From: an uncultured Verrucomicrobiae bacterium
GTDB lineage: Bacteria; Verrucomicrobiota; Verrucomicrobiia; Chthoniobacterales; UBA10450
Assembly (NCBI GenBank): GCA_963815455.1
Contig: CAWFGO010000003.1
Location: 384,001 to 448,000 of the forward strand
Length of the DNA stretch: 64,000 bases
Direction: 5' to 3'
The notes under the pieces were generated by a model, which ran no database searches, was not told the origin of the DNA, and was given only the letters and a program-made list of their open reading frames with translations. This document shows, piece after piece, positions 21,088 through 30,385 of this stretch. Made by a program: the position numbers and the translations under genes. Within the stretch, counting starts at the first letter, position 1; every line of letters begins with the position of its first letter.

Positions 21088-22141
21088 GAGCGTCCGCAGA
21101 TTACGCAGATTTTCGCAGATTGGTAGGAACCTCATTCCAAACGTCTTGCTTGCCTTTCTATTGGGCGTCGCGTCCATCGCCGCCGGCGCGCTCATTCCCA
21201 TCCGGGAGGGCACGACCTGGCAATACAACATGACCCAGGAAGTGGGCGAAGGAATCAAGGTGCCCAACGCCAAGCCTGATGCCGACGGGAAAATCCGGGT
21301 ACCGGTCACTTATCACATTGCCGGCACGCAGAAAGTTGACGGGAAAAATCTCATCGAGTTCGAGATGCATCGTGACGGCGTGGTGACCAACACCGATCTC
21401 GTGACTGTGGACGGTCACGGAATTATTTGCTGGGGAAAAATTAATCTCGAAGGCGAGCTGATCGAGATCGATCCGCCCCAGACGATGATCGCGGCGCCGC
21501 TCAAGCCGGGCGCGACCTGGAATTTCGAGAGCCAGGTGGCCAATCTGAAAGTTAATCAGCGTTACGATGTGGCCGGGCTGGAAGATGTCGATGTTCCCGC
21601 GGGAAAATTTCACGCTTTCCGGATTCATTGCGAGCAGACATCGCCCAGCGCGACGACAATCGATCGCTGGTTTGTTCCCGGAATTGGAATCGTCAAAGAC
21701 GTCACCACGATGCGATCGAAAGAGGGCGATATTCTTCAACGCATCTCGCTTGAATTGAAGGAACGGCCCAGGATCGACAAGCGACCGGAGGTCAAGCCAA
21801 CCGAGCCGCCAAAAAAACTTTCAGCCACGCTGGCGACCGAGCCCGCGGGCGAACCCGCCGTCGAATTCTCAACCGATGCGCCGATGATTTATGCGCGCTG
21901 GGAAGGACGGCGTTTGCGCGAACACGCCAGGATCCGCGTGGTCTGGATCGCCGAGAAGGTGGAAGATATCCCGGCTAATTACAAAGTGGACGAAGCATCG
22001 GCCGTGGCCGACGGCAAATATTCGCATGGGCATTTTGTTCTTTCCCGGCCCGGCGATGGCTGGGAACCGGGCGATTATCGGGCCGAGTTTTATGTCGATG
22101 ATGAATTGCAGGAAACGGTAAAGTTGAGGATCACAAAATAG
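21086..22141 (+). CDS. Secreted hypothetical protein (start uncertain)
   Basis: Signal-like segment; VDVPAGKF and WFVPGIGIVK motifs of exported beta-rich proteins. Confidence 0.65.
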   Translation: MSVRRLRRFSQIGRNLIPNVLLAFLLGVASIAAGALIPIREGTTWQYNMTQEVGEGIKVPNAKPDADGKIRVPVTYHIAGTQKVDGKNLIEFEMHRDGVVTNTDLVTVDGHGIICWGKINLEGELIEIDPPQTMIAAPLKPGATWNFESQVANLKVNQRYDVAGLEDVDVPAGKFHAFRIHCEQTSPSATTIDRWFVPGIGIVKDVTTMRSKEGDILQRISLELKERPRIDKRPEVKPTEPPKKLSATLATEPAGEPAVEFSTDAPMIYARWEGRRLREHARIRVVWIAEKVEDIPANYKVDEASAVADGKYSHGHFVLSRPGDGWEPGDYRAEFYVDDELQETVKLRITK

Positions 22142-22270
22142 ACACGGTGTAGTGGCGGGCGTGTCGCCCGCAGTGGTGCGGCCGACACGGCCGCCTCTAC
22201 AACAGCACGATTTTCTTGAATCCAAACCGGCCATCAGCAGCATCCTATTAACAAAGGCGACATTTTCCCC

Positions 22271-22921
22271 ATGAAAAAGACCAATCTCCTTACGCTCGCG
22301 CTCACCGTTATTTTGCTCACCGGCTGCAACTGGCCATTTGGCATCCGGGGCAACGGCAATATCACAACCGATCAGAAAAACATTACGGACTTTTCCGAGC
22401 TGCAAGCCGGCGGGCAGTTCAATGTTGAATGGCGGAGCGGCCCGCCCTCTGTAAGCATCACCACCGATGCCAATCTGCTGCAATACATCGAGAGTGAAAT
22501 CACGGATAACCAACTCCGGTTGCACACTCGCGAGCATCTTTGGCCGACCCACGGGATCAAGGTCCTGGCCTCGAGTCCCACTCGCATGGGTGCGAGACTT
22601 TCCGGAGCGGTCGACCTAAAGGTGCCGCAGATCGCCGGGCCGAAATTTTATTTCAAATCCACCGGCGCGTCGGACGTGAAACTGGACGGGAACGTCGATG
22701 AACTTTTGGCCGACATGACCGGGGCAAGCGATTTGAATGCGAAAAATCTGCAGGCCAGGACGGTCGAGATTTCGACGACCGGCGCAGCCGACGCAGATAT
22801 CAGTGTCAGCGAGACGCTAAGAGTTTCGATTACCGGCGCCGGCACGGTGAATTATTACGGCAACCCGCCGACGATCGAAAAACACGTCACTGGCGCGGGC
22901 TCGATCCGGCACAGGGATTGA
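22271..22921 (+). CDS. DUF2807 / head GIN domain lipoprotein
   Basis: Lipobox LTGC, IRGNGNI, repeated TGAS/TGAG beta-helix motifs. Confidence 0.85.
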   Translation: MKKTNLLTLALTVILLTGCNWPFGIRGNGNITTDQKNITDFSELQAGGQFNVEWRSGPPSVSITTDANLLQYIESEITDNQLRLHTREHLWPTHGIKVLASSPTRMGARLSGAVDLKVPQIAGPKFYFKSTGASDVKLDGNVDELLADMTGASDLNAKNLQARTVEISTTGAADADISVSETLRVSITGAGTVNYYGNPPTIEKHVTGAGSIRHRD

Positions 22922-23025
22922 ACCATCGATTCCGCCTCAGGTGGATCGGCCGCTCCGCGGGCGATGCTAGATTGCAGGCGGCTTCGCCGCTCAATTAACA
23001 TCGAGCTCGGAGATCTCGATCCACC

Positions 23026-23454
23026 TTGAAACAGCCTGCCGCCATCAAAATTCTGGTTTGGTTCGCCGCGCTCGCTTGCGCCGGCATGTTCTTGTCGATC
23101 CCGCTGGTTTACTTCGGGATCGCGCCGGCGATGATGGGCGGCGAACCGGTAACGCGCAGTGAGTGGCTGCACATCGCCGCGCCGCTTGTTGCCGTGATCG
23201 GCATTTTGATGGCGCTCAGTTCTTACGGACTGGCAACGCGTAAACCGTGGGCCCGTCGGGCAGTGATGGCGATCCCGATCTTGATCGTCAGTTACGCCGT
23301 TGCCATTGGCGCGCCCGGCTGGATCAAGCCGGTCATCATGTGGCGGGCCGTGATCAATGGATCCATTCTCGGCTGCCTTTCCGTTTGGTATTTCTATTTC
23401 AAACCAAACGTGGCGAAATACTTTCGCGAACTGCAAGATCGACATCGACCGTGA
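23026..23454 (+). CDS. Membrane protein
   Basis: Four hydrophobic helices. Confidence 0.6.
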   Translation: MKQPAAIKILVWFAALACAGMFLSIPLVYFGIAPAMMGGEPVTRSEWLHIAAPLVAVIGILMALSSYGLATRKPWARRAVMAIPILIVSYAVAIGAPGWIKPVIMWRAVINGSILGCLSVWYFYFKPNVAKYFRELQDRHRP

Positions 23455-23954
23455 AAAATTCCGAGCGACCAACATTTCTCTTCCGTTATCGACTGGCTCT
23501 GGGCTTTTTCATCTTCGGCCTGGTGACCAGTGGCCTGACCGCTTTTCCACTCGAAATGGAATCCGCGCTCTTGAACCGCTGGCTCGGGCTAAATCCGCCG
23601 ATCGATCCGAATGGCAGTCTGTTTCAGCTGCATGCGTTCATCTCCCGGGTTCATTACGGAGTTCAGCTGACCTATCAGCAGTTTCCGTTCTTCGGTTACG
23701 GGACCGATTGGCTCGGGTTCGGTCATTTTGTCATCGCGGCTTTTTTCGTTTTGCCGTTTGTCGATCCAATTCGTTACCGCGCGATTGTGCAGATTGGCTT
23801 GTTCGCCTGCGGCGGAGTCATCGTTTTCGCATTAATCGCCGGGCCGATCCGGCATATCCCAATCTATTGGACGATGATCGACTGCAGCTTCGGAATCGCC
23901 GGCGCTATTCCGCTTCTTTATTGCCTGCGTTTGACCCGGCGGCCCGGCAACTAA
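23451..23954 (+). CDS. Membrane protein
   Basis: SGLTAFPL, YGTDWLGFGHFVIA, IDCSFG; GTGA overlap with the preceding gene. Confidence 0.7.
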   Translation: MKNSERPTFLFRYRLALGFFIFGLVTSGLTAFPLEMESALLNRWLGLNPPIDPNGSLFQLHAFISRVHYGVQLTYQQFPFFGYGTDWLGFGHFVIAAFFVLPFVDPIRYRAIVQIGLFACGGVIVFALIAGPIRHIPIYWTMIDCSFGIAGAIPLLYCLRLTRRPGN

Positions 23955-24679
23955 CTGCGACAAAGCTCCTCGACGATCCGCGGCAGCGCGATGGCCGCCG
24001 GTTCCCGCACCGATTTCGTCGCGAATTCCGATAATGAAGTCTCCTCGGGATTCACTTCGATGAGCCGTCCGTGGTCGCCAATCGCGCGCACGGCCCAATC
24101 GACGATGTAGCCAAATGTCGCGGTTGTGCCGATGACGAGCGCAACATCGCAAACTTTTTGGCGCAGGTAATTTTCCACTCGTTGAATCTCGAGAAGGTCC
24201 AACTGTTCCCCAAACCAAACCACGCCGGGCCGCATGAGCGCGCCGCACTCGGGGCATTTCGGAACCAGTCCACGACCCTGGTCGTGATCGTGCTCGCCAT
24301 ACGCAGAACTGCAACGCGAGCAGCGGGTGACGAAAATGTCTCCATGAATCTGCACCATTTTCTCAGCCCCCAAGCCGGCCCGGGCGTGAAGATCGTCCAC
24401 GTTCTGGGTTACCAGCAAAAACTCGCCGGCCAGCTTCGACAATCGCGCGATCGCGTCATGCGCCGGGTTCGGTCGAGCCTTGCGAATCCGTTCCCGTCGT
24501 TCCCGATACCATTCCCAAACCAATTGTGGATTTTCCGCAAACGCTTCCGGGGTGGCCAGCTTCATCGGATCGAGGTCCGAGCCGGACTGGCGGCTTCGCC
24601 AGTAACCGTCCTTGCCACGAAACGTCGGGATGCCGCTCTCGGCCGAAACGCCGGCGCCGGTGAGAACAAGGACGCGCAT
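23951..24679 (-). CDS. cobB: NAD-dependent protein deacylase (Sir2/CobB)
   Basis: TGAGVSAESGIPTFRG, TQNVDDLH, IHG, Zn CxxC pairs, RPGVVWFGE. Confidence 0.92.
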   Translation of the reverse strand: MRVLVLTGAGVSAESGIPTFRGKDGYWRSRQSGSDLDPMKLATPEAFAENPQLVWEWYRERRERIRKARPNPAHDAIARLSKLAGEFLLVTQNVDDLHARAGLGAEKMVQIHGDIFVTRCSRCSSAYGEHDHDQGRGLVPKCPECGALMRPGVVWFGEQLDLLEIQRVENYLRQKVCDVALVIGTTATFGYIVDWAVRAIGDHGRLIEVNPEETSLSEFATKSVREPAAIALPRIVEELCRS

Positions 24680-25032
24680 AATCGCTATTCGACACGCGGG
24701 ACGCCCGCCGGCCCCACAGGCTTGCCGCAGCGAGTCCGTCCGGTGGCGGACAAGATGCCTGTGCTAGGAATTATTCCCAGCCGATCTGGCGGCCTTTGTT
24801 TTGTTCTTCCAGCCACTTCATTAACGGTTTGAAATATTCCATCATCGCGTAAACCCGGCGTTGGCCAGAGCAAGAAAACGGTCGGCCCGATCCTGAACCG
24901 GAGATTTCGGGGCAGCCAAGGTAACGAAGGGAAAGAGCGATGCCAAAACGAGCGAAGGAAGAACGGAGCGATGCATACCGGCAGAGTACTCAATACATAT
25001 GTCGCGAGGCAAGCGAAGGACGACACCCGGTG

Positions 25033-26904
25033 CTATTTCTCCCTTTGCAGTTTTGCCTGGGCCCGGCGCAGGTTGTCGCCGGCAACGTGCAACGCCGGCT
25101 TGAGTTGCAATGCCTTCTCGAACTCCGGGATGCTCTCGCGGGTCTTGCCGGAGACGAGCAAGGCCAGACCCAAATTGTTATGCGCTTCGGCGTTGTCTGG
25201 GTCTAATCGCAGTGCCTGGTGAAGTTGATCGATTCCTTCGGGAAATTTCCCCAGACGCACCAGCACGAGTCCGAGGTTCGTTCGCATGTCGGCATCATCC
25301 GGAGCGACGTGCGCGGCCAGTTGCAGTTGCTCCGAAGCGGCGTCGTTCCGGTTTTCCCTGGCCAGGGCCAGACCCAGCTCCATGTGCGCTTTGGCCGACC
25401 CCGGCTGAGCGCGAAGCGCGCGCTCATAGTAGTCAATTGCTTCGCCCATCCGGTTTTGCTTCGATCGGGTGATTCCGATGTTCAACAAAGCGTCAAAGAA
25501 ATCCGGTTTGATCTGCAGCGCTTTTTCAAAATGCGCGCCGGCTTCGTCGTAATTGCCCTTCTGGCCCAAAACCAGACCGAGATTGTGTTCGATAATGAGG
25601 CTCGGCGGAGTCACTCCCAATGTGTGCCGAAACAGGGTGATGCTATCGCGCCAGTAATTGACCTGCACCATGGTAAGAGCAGCGAGGGCGATCAACGGCG
25701 CACCGGCCAGAATCGCTACAACCGTGGATGGAAAATTTCGCGCGCGGATCACGTCCGCCAGTCCGAACACGATCGCGACGAACAAACCGATCGAAGGCAG
25801 ATAGTGGTAGCGATCGGCCATGGTTTGCCCGCCGACCTGAACAATTCCTATCACCGGAACCAGCGTTCCCACAAACCAAAGCCAGCCGACGATCAGGTAG
25901 GGCCGGCTTTTCGCCTGCAAAAAACAGAAGACCGTGATCCCGGCCAGAGCGATTACCGCTCCAATGATCTGCCACGCCGGTATCCCCTCAGGTGGGAACG
26001 GATAGTAGACCGCAAGATTGGCAGGCCAAAAAGTGACAAACAAGTACTTCGCGTAGGAGACGAGAGCGTTCGACAAACGCAGGGAGACAGGAGCATCGAC
26101 AAAGGTGCGCACTGCTCCGCCGTGCGTTTGGGCGATATAAGTGATGACTGCGGAAGCCGCGACGATGCCAAAGAGCAACAATTTTTCCCTAACAAGCGGG
26201 ACGAGCGATCCAAAAAAGTTTCGGCCGGACGCCGGCGTCGGCAGGCGGCGCAGCGGCCAATAATCGAGCAGCAACATCACCAACGGCCAGGTCATGAGCA
26301 TCGGCTTGGCCAGGAGCCCAAGCGCCAGCGTCAACGCAGTCCACGCGTAGCGACTCCGCGATGGCGCCTCGGCGTAACGCGAATAAGCAATCAGCGATAA
26401 CAGACCGAACAACGTCGCGAGTGTGTCCTTGCGTTCAGCCGCCCAGGCGACGGATTCCACGTGCACGGGATGAAAGGCAAACAACGCTGCCACGAGAGCG
26501 CTGCACCAGCGGTCCCGGGTCGTGCGCAAAAAAAACCAGAATAGAAGCAAGGTGGTTGCGATGTGGATCGACACGTTAACGAGCAGGTGACGGCCCGCAT
26601 TGAGCCCGAATAACTGGATATCGATCATGTGGGCGATCCAGGTGAGCGGATGCCAGTTCGCGGCGTGAAACGTGGTGAAGGCCCAGATGATTCCGGCGAA
26701 ACTAAGGCCGCGGTTCACCATCGGGTTGTCGCGGATGTAGAGATCGTCATCCAGACCGATGAACTGGTGTCCGACGACGCGCGCGTAGATTGCGAACGTG
26801 ACAATCGCCAAGCCAACTGCGATGAAGACGTCGGCTTGGCCGAATTTCGTCAGCGGACGCGCCGGGACAGCGGATCGTGATCTTCTTGCTGCAGACTTCG
26901 GCAT
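25033..26904 (-). CDS. Polytopic membrane TPR protein (TMTC-like GT-C fold)
   Basis: LDDDLYI, NWHPLT, HPVHVESVAWAAERKD, ADRYHYLP, C-terminal TPRs. Confidence 0.85.
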   Translation of the reverse strand: MPKSAARRSRSAVPARPLTKFGQADVFIAVGLAIVTFAIYARVVGHQFIGLDDDLYIRDNPMVNRGLSFAGIIWAFTTFHAANWHPLTWIAHMIDIQLFGLNAGRHLLVNVSIHIATTLLLFWFFLRTTRDRWCSALVAALFAFHPVHVESVAWAAERKDTLATLFGLLSLIAYSRYAEAPSRSRYAWTALTLALGLLAKPMLMTWPLVMLLLDYWPLRRLPTPASGRNFFGSLVPLVREKLLLFGIVAASAVITYIAQTHGGAVRTFVDAPVSLRLSNALVSYAKYLFVTFWPANLAVYYPFPPEGIPAWQIIGAVIALAGITVFCFLQAKSRPYLIVGWLWFVGTLVPVIGIVQVGGQTMADRYHYLPSIGLFVAIVFGLADVIRARNFPSTVVAILAGAPLIALAALTMVQVNYWRDSITLFRHTLGVTPPSLIIEHNLGLVLGQKGNYDEAGAHFEKALQIKPDFFDALLNIGITRSKQNRMGEAIDYYERALRAQPGSAKAHMELGLALARENRNDAASEQLQLAAHVAPDDADMRTNLGLVLVRLGKFPEGIDQLHQALRLDPDNAEAHNNLGLALLVSGKTRESIPEFEKALQLKPALHVAGDNLRRAQAKLQREK

Positions 26905-27018
26905 GCGGTTGCTCAATTGTAACGCCGAATAAATGTGGAAGAAACGCTGTTTTCCAGAAGAATGACTGCTATCGGCCTTTGCTCCGCTGTGCTAAAGAGG
27001 TTCTTTCCGATCTCCATC

Positions 27019-27444
27019 ATGAGCCAAGCCTTTGAAAGTTCGCGCGCGCCCGAGCCGGTCGGCGCGTTTCCGCACGCCAAACGGGCCGGCGATCTTCTTT
27101 TTCTTTCCGGAATTGGCCCGCGAACGCGGGGAAGCAAAGAGATTCCGGGAGTCACGCTCGATACCACTGGCAACATTGTAAGTTACGACATCGAGAAACA
27201 ATGCCGGGCCGTGTTTGAAAACGTCCGGCTCGTGCTGGAAGACGCCGGTGCGACCTGGAACGACATTGTCGATGTCACGGTCTTCCTCACGCACATGAAG
27301 AAAGACTTCCCGATCTATAACAAACTCTACGCCGAATATTTCGCCGGCCCGGGGAAACCGAACCCCACCCGTACTACTCTAGAGGTGGGAGCACTGCCCA
27401 CTCCCATTGCCATCGAGCTCAAGGTGATCGCGGCGGCACATTAG
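27019..27444 (+). CDS. RidA family protein, probable 2-aminomuconate deaminase
   Basis: PEPVGAFPHAKR, LFLSGIGPR, PTRTT, IELK; upstream of kynureninase. Confidence 0.8.
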   Translation: MSQAFESSRAPEPVGAFPHAKRAGDLLFLSGIGPRTRGSKEIPGVTLDTTGNIVSYDIEKQCRAVFENVRLVLEDAGATWNDIVDVTVFLTHMKKDFPIYNKLYAEYFAGPGKPNPTRTTLEVGALPTPIAIELKVIAAAH

Positions 27445-27447
27445 TAT

Positions 27448-27569
27448 GTCATCCTGAACCGCGGAGACGGTGAAGGATCTCCTGTCGCCGAAAAGCACGG
27501 AAGTTGCCTAGTAACGGGACCGACAGAACAATCGCGAGATCCCTCGTCGTCTCCGCGACTCGGGATGAC
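27448..27569. repeat. GTCAT/ATGAC palindromic element (gene-less)
   Basis: GTCATCCTGAACC..GAAGGATCTC ... GAGATCCCTCGTC..CTCGGGATGAC. Confidence 0.85.
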
Positions 27570-27624
27570 ACGCTTTGTTAATTTGAGCGTTTAGTTCTCG
27601 CCGATTACGATTACGAGCACGAGC

Positions 27625-28089
27625 ATGAACCGGAAATTCAAGATTATCGCGGCCGATCACACTGGCATTACGGTGTCGAACCTCGAGCGCGCGCTCGCCT
27701 TCTGGCGCGATGTGCTCGGCTTCGAGCTTTCTCATCGGCCGCATCAGACTGGCGATCTGGCCAGCGAAATCACCGGAGTTCAAGGGGCGGAAATTTCGAT
27801 CGCCGTTCTCAAGGGTTACGGGCACAAGATAGAGTTACTCGAGTATCTCGCCCCGGCCGACCGGAAACATATCGATCTTCGGCCGTGCGATGTCGGCTTT
27901 GTTCACGTCGCATTCACTGTCGATGATCTGGACGCGGTTTTGAACGCGATTGCTGCCTCCGGTTGGAAAGCAGCAGGCAAACCACAGACTCTTCAAACCG
28001 GTCCGAACGCCGGCAAGCGCGTTGTTTACGTCCGCGACCCGGATGGCACAACCATCGAGTTCATGCAGCCGCCCGCTGATAAAGATTGA
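27625..28089 (+). CDS. VOC/glyoxalase family protein
   Basis: DHTGITVSNLE, IELLEY, HVAFTVDD, RDPDGTTIEF. Confidence 0.88.
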   Translation: MNRKFKIIAADHTGITVSNLERALAFWRDVLGFELSHRPHQTGDLASEITGVQGAEISIAVLKGYGHKIELLEYLAPADRKHIDLRPCDVGFVHVAFTVDDLDAVLNAIAASGWKAAGKPQTLQTGPNAGKRVVYVRDPDGTTIEFMQPPADKD

Positions 28090-28198
28090 TCATCCGCAGA
28101 TTTCGCGGATTAACGCAGATTTTGGCGACAGAACGATTCGCACCTGCGGTGAAGTTGTCGTTCTTTTGAATCTGCGAAATCTGCGTAATCTGCGGTTA

Positions 28199-29467
28199 AT
28201 GCATTTCTCCTCTGCTGAAGAATTCGCCCTGGAACTGGACCGCGAAGATCCGCTGCGCGACTTCCGCGACAAGTTTCATCTTCCGCTCGGCAAAGATGGC
28301 AAGCCGGTGATTTATTTCGCGGGCAATTCGCTCGGACTGATGCCGAAAACGGCGAGAAGGATCGTTGAAGGGGAGTTGGACAATTGGGCCAGACTCGGTG
28401 TCGCCGCTCATCACGCCACCGACACGCCGTGGTATGCGTATCACGAGACGTTGCGCGAGCCGATGGCGCAGCTTGTCGGCGCGAAGCCGGTCGAGGTCGT
28501 CTGCATGAACAGCCTCACGGTGAACATTCACCTGATGATGGCGACGTTTTATCGCCCGACCAAGTCGCGTTTCAAGATCCTGATGGACGATCCGGCTTTT
28601 CCTTCCGACACCTACGCGATCAAGACCCAGATCGTCCATCACGGGCTCGACCCAAAAGATGCGCTCGTCCTGGCGCGGCCGCGCAAAGGCGAATTCACGG
28701 TCCGCACGGAAGACATTGTCGATCTTATCGAAAAGCACCACGGCGAACTCGCTGTGCTCCTAATCGGCGCCGTAAATTTTTTCAGCGGTCAACTGTTCGA
28801 CATTCCGGCGATTACCGCAGCAGCCCAGAAACGCGGGATCATCGTCGGCATCGACCTGGCCCATGCCATCGGCAACGTCCCGCTCTCATTGCACGATTGG
28901 AACGTCGATTTCGCCGTCTGGTGCTCATATAAGTACCTCAATGCCGGCCCGGGCGCAGTGGCGGGCGCGTTTGTCCACGAACAACATGCCACCAATACAA
29001 AGCTGCCGCGGTTCGCGGGCTGGTTTGGGAACGATCCGAATACGCGCTTCCAATTGCATCTCGAGCCGGAATTCATTCCAGTTCCATCCGCCGATGCCTG
29101 GCAAATCAGCAACCCGCCAATCTTCTCCATGGCGCCGTTGCGCGCTTCCCTGGCCATCTTCGATGAAGCCGGCGGGATGGAACCGCTCCGCGCGAAATCG
29201 ATCAAGCTAACCGGTTATCTTCAGTTTCTGCTGGAGGGCTCGGGCGCGAAACGCTTCACTGTGATCACGCCGCGTGAGACGAACGCGCGCGGCTGTCAGT
29301 TGTCGATCTTCGCGCACGAAAATCCAAAGGAGTTGTTCCAAGAACTCCAGTCGGCCGGCGTAAAATGCGATTTCCGCGAGCCAAATGTCATCCGCGCCGC
29401 CCCTACCCCGCTTTACAACACATTTCACGAGGTCTGGCGATTCGCCGAAATTTTGGCCGGACGTTGA
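28199..29467 (+). CDS. kynU: Kynureninase
   Basis: YFAGNSLGLMP, DLAHAIGN, WCSYKYLNAGPG, GWFG, SNPPI. Confidence 0.95.
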   Translation: MHFSSAEEFALELDREDPLRDFRDKFHLPLGKDGKPVIYFAGNSLGLMPKTARRIVEGELDNWARLGVAAHHATDTPWYAYHETLREPMAQLVGAKPVEVVCMNSLTVNIHLMMATFYRPTKSRFKILMDDPAFPSDTYAIKTQIVHHGLDPKDALVLARPRKGEFTVRTEDIVDLIEKHHGELAVLLIGAVNFFSGQLFDIPAITAAAQKRGIIVGIDLAHAIGNVPLSLHDWNVDFAVWCSYKYLNAGPGAVAGAFVHEQHATNTKLPRFAGWFGNDPNTRFQLHLEPEFIPVPSADAWQISNPPIFSMAPLRASLAIFDEAGGMEPLRAKSIKLTGYLQFLLEGSGAKRFTVITPRETNARGCQLSIFAHENPKELFQELQSAGVKCDFREPNVIRAAPTPLYNTFHEVWRFAEILAGR

Positions 29468-29529
29468 AAAATAGCTTTTGCCAAACCACACAATCTCCGG
29501 GCACTGTAAATGCGAAACAACCGACCGAG

Positions 29530-29754
29530 ATGAAAATGAAAATTGCAATACTGGCAGTGGCCCTGCTTTGCCTCACCGGCCTTACATCGACAACGAAAGC
29601 CATTTCGTTGACCATCGAAATCGGCGACCGGCCCTATTACACACACGGCCCAGGATATTGGTATCGCCATCACTATTATGTATGGGTTCCCGGACACTGG
29701 GCCTGGCGGCATCATCACCACGTTTGGATTCACGGGCATTACCGCTTGCGCTAG
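29530..29754 (+). CDS. Small secreted His/Trp-rich protein (WXXGXW-like repeats)
   Basis: Signal peptide; VWVPGHW and VWIHGHY. Confidence 0.75.
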   Translation: MKMKIAILAVALLCLTGLTSTTKAISLTIEIGDRPYYTHGPGYWYRHHYYVWVPGHWAWRHHHHVWIHGHYRLR

Positions 29755-29813
29755 CGGAACAGACCGGGATCCGTGGCGCGTTCATCCTGCCTTGATTGCA
29801 GGAGCTGTCGTCC

Positions 29814-30230
29814 TTACCAGAGCAATTGCTTCACGCAATTGATAAGACCCGAGATGGCAAACGGCTTCACCAGATACTTCACATCGTGCTTGTTGAAAAA
29901 CAGCGCGATATTCGCGTCGGTGGCGAAACCGGTGATGAAAATGAAACGATCGGCCAGTGATGGACGTATCTCCTTCACTTTCAAGTAAAACTCGTCCCCC
30001 CGCAGCCGCGGCATTTTCAAATCGCAAATCACGGCGTCGTATTCGTGCGCTTTCACCTTTAGAATGGCGTCCTCGCCATCGAAGGCCACGTCGACCAGGA
30101 AATTTTCATCCGCCAGGATCCACTGCAGAGCGGAAGCCAGCTGCTTGTCGTCATCAACGACCAGAATGGCCTTCAGTTCCAAGGTCTTGATCGGAGCCTT
30201 AATTTCGTCCGGTTGCGGCGTAAAATGCAT
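29814..30230 (-). CDS. Single-domain response regulator
   Basis: ILVVDDD, DLKMP, ITG, KPF. Confidence 0.9.
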   Translation of the reverse strand: MHFTPQPDEIKAPIKTLELKAILVVDDDKQLASALQWILADENFLVDVAFDGEDAILKVKAHEYDAVICDLKMPRLRGDEFYLKVKEIRPSLADRFIFITGFATDANIALFFNKHDVKYLVKPFAISGLINCVKQLLW

Positions 30231-30385
30231 CTTGAATAGCCTCTCTTGAGCAGTCGCAGTGCCAACATCGGAGGTCGGAGATCAGAGGTCAGCGGTCAGA
30301 AGTCCCAGGCGGGCCCCTGTCCGGTAGCGGCGGTCTCCGACCGTCGCACTGATCGAGAATTGCGTCCGAGCCTCGCTGATCCGGC

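Noticed and set aside
25219..26400. 393-aa + strand ORF and similar long antisense ORFs (50157-51062, 62428-63486, 18658-19593)
   Set aside because: Shadows of well-supported genes on the opposite strand in high-GC DNA.
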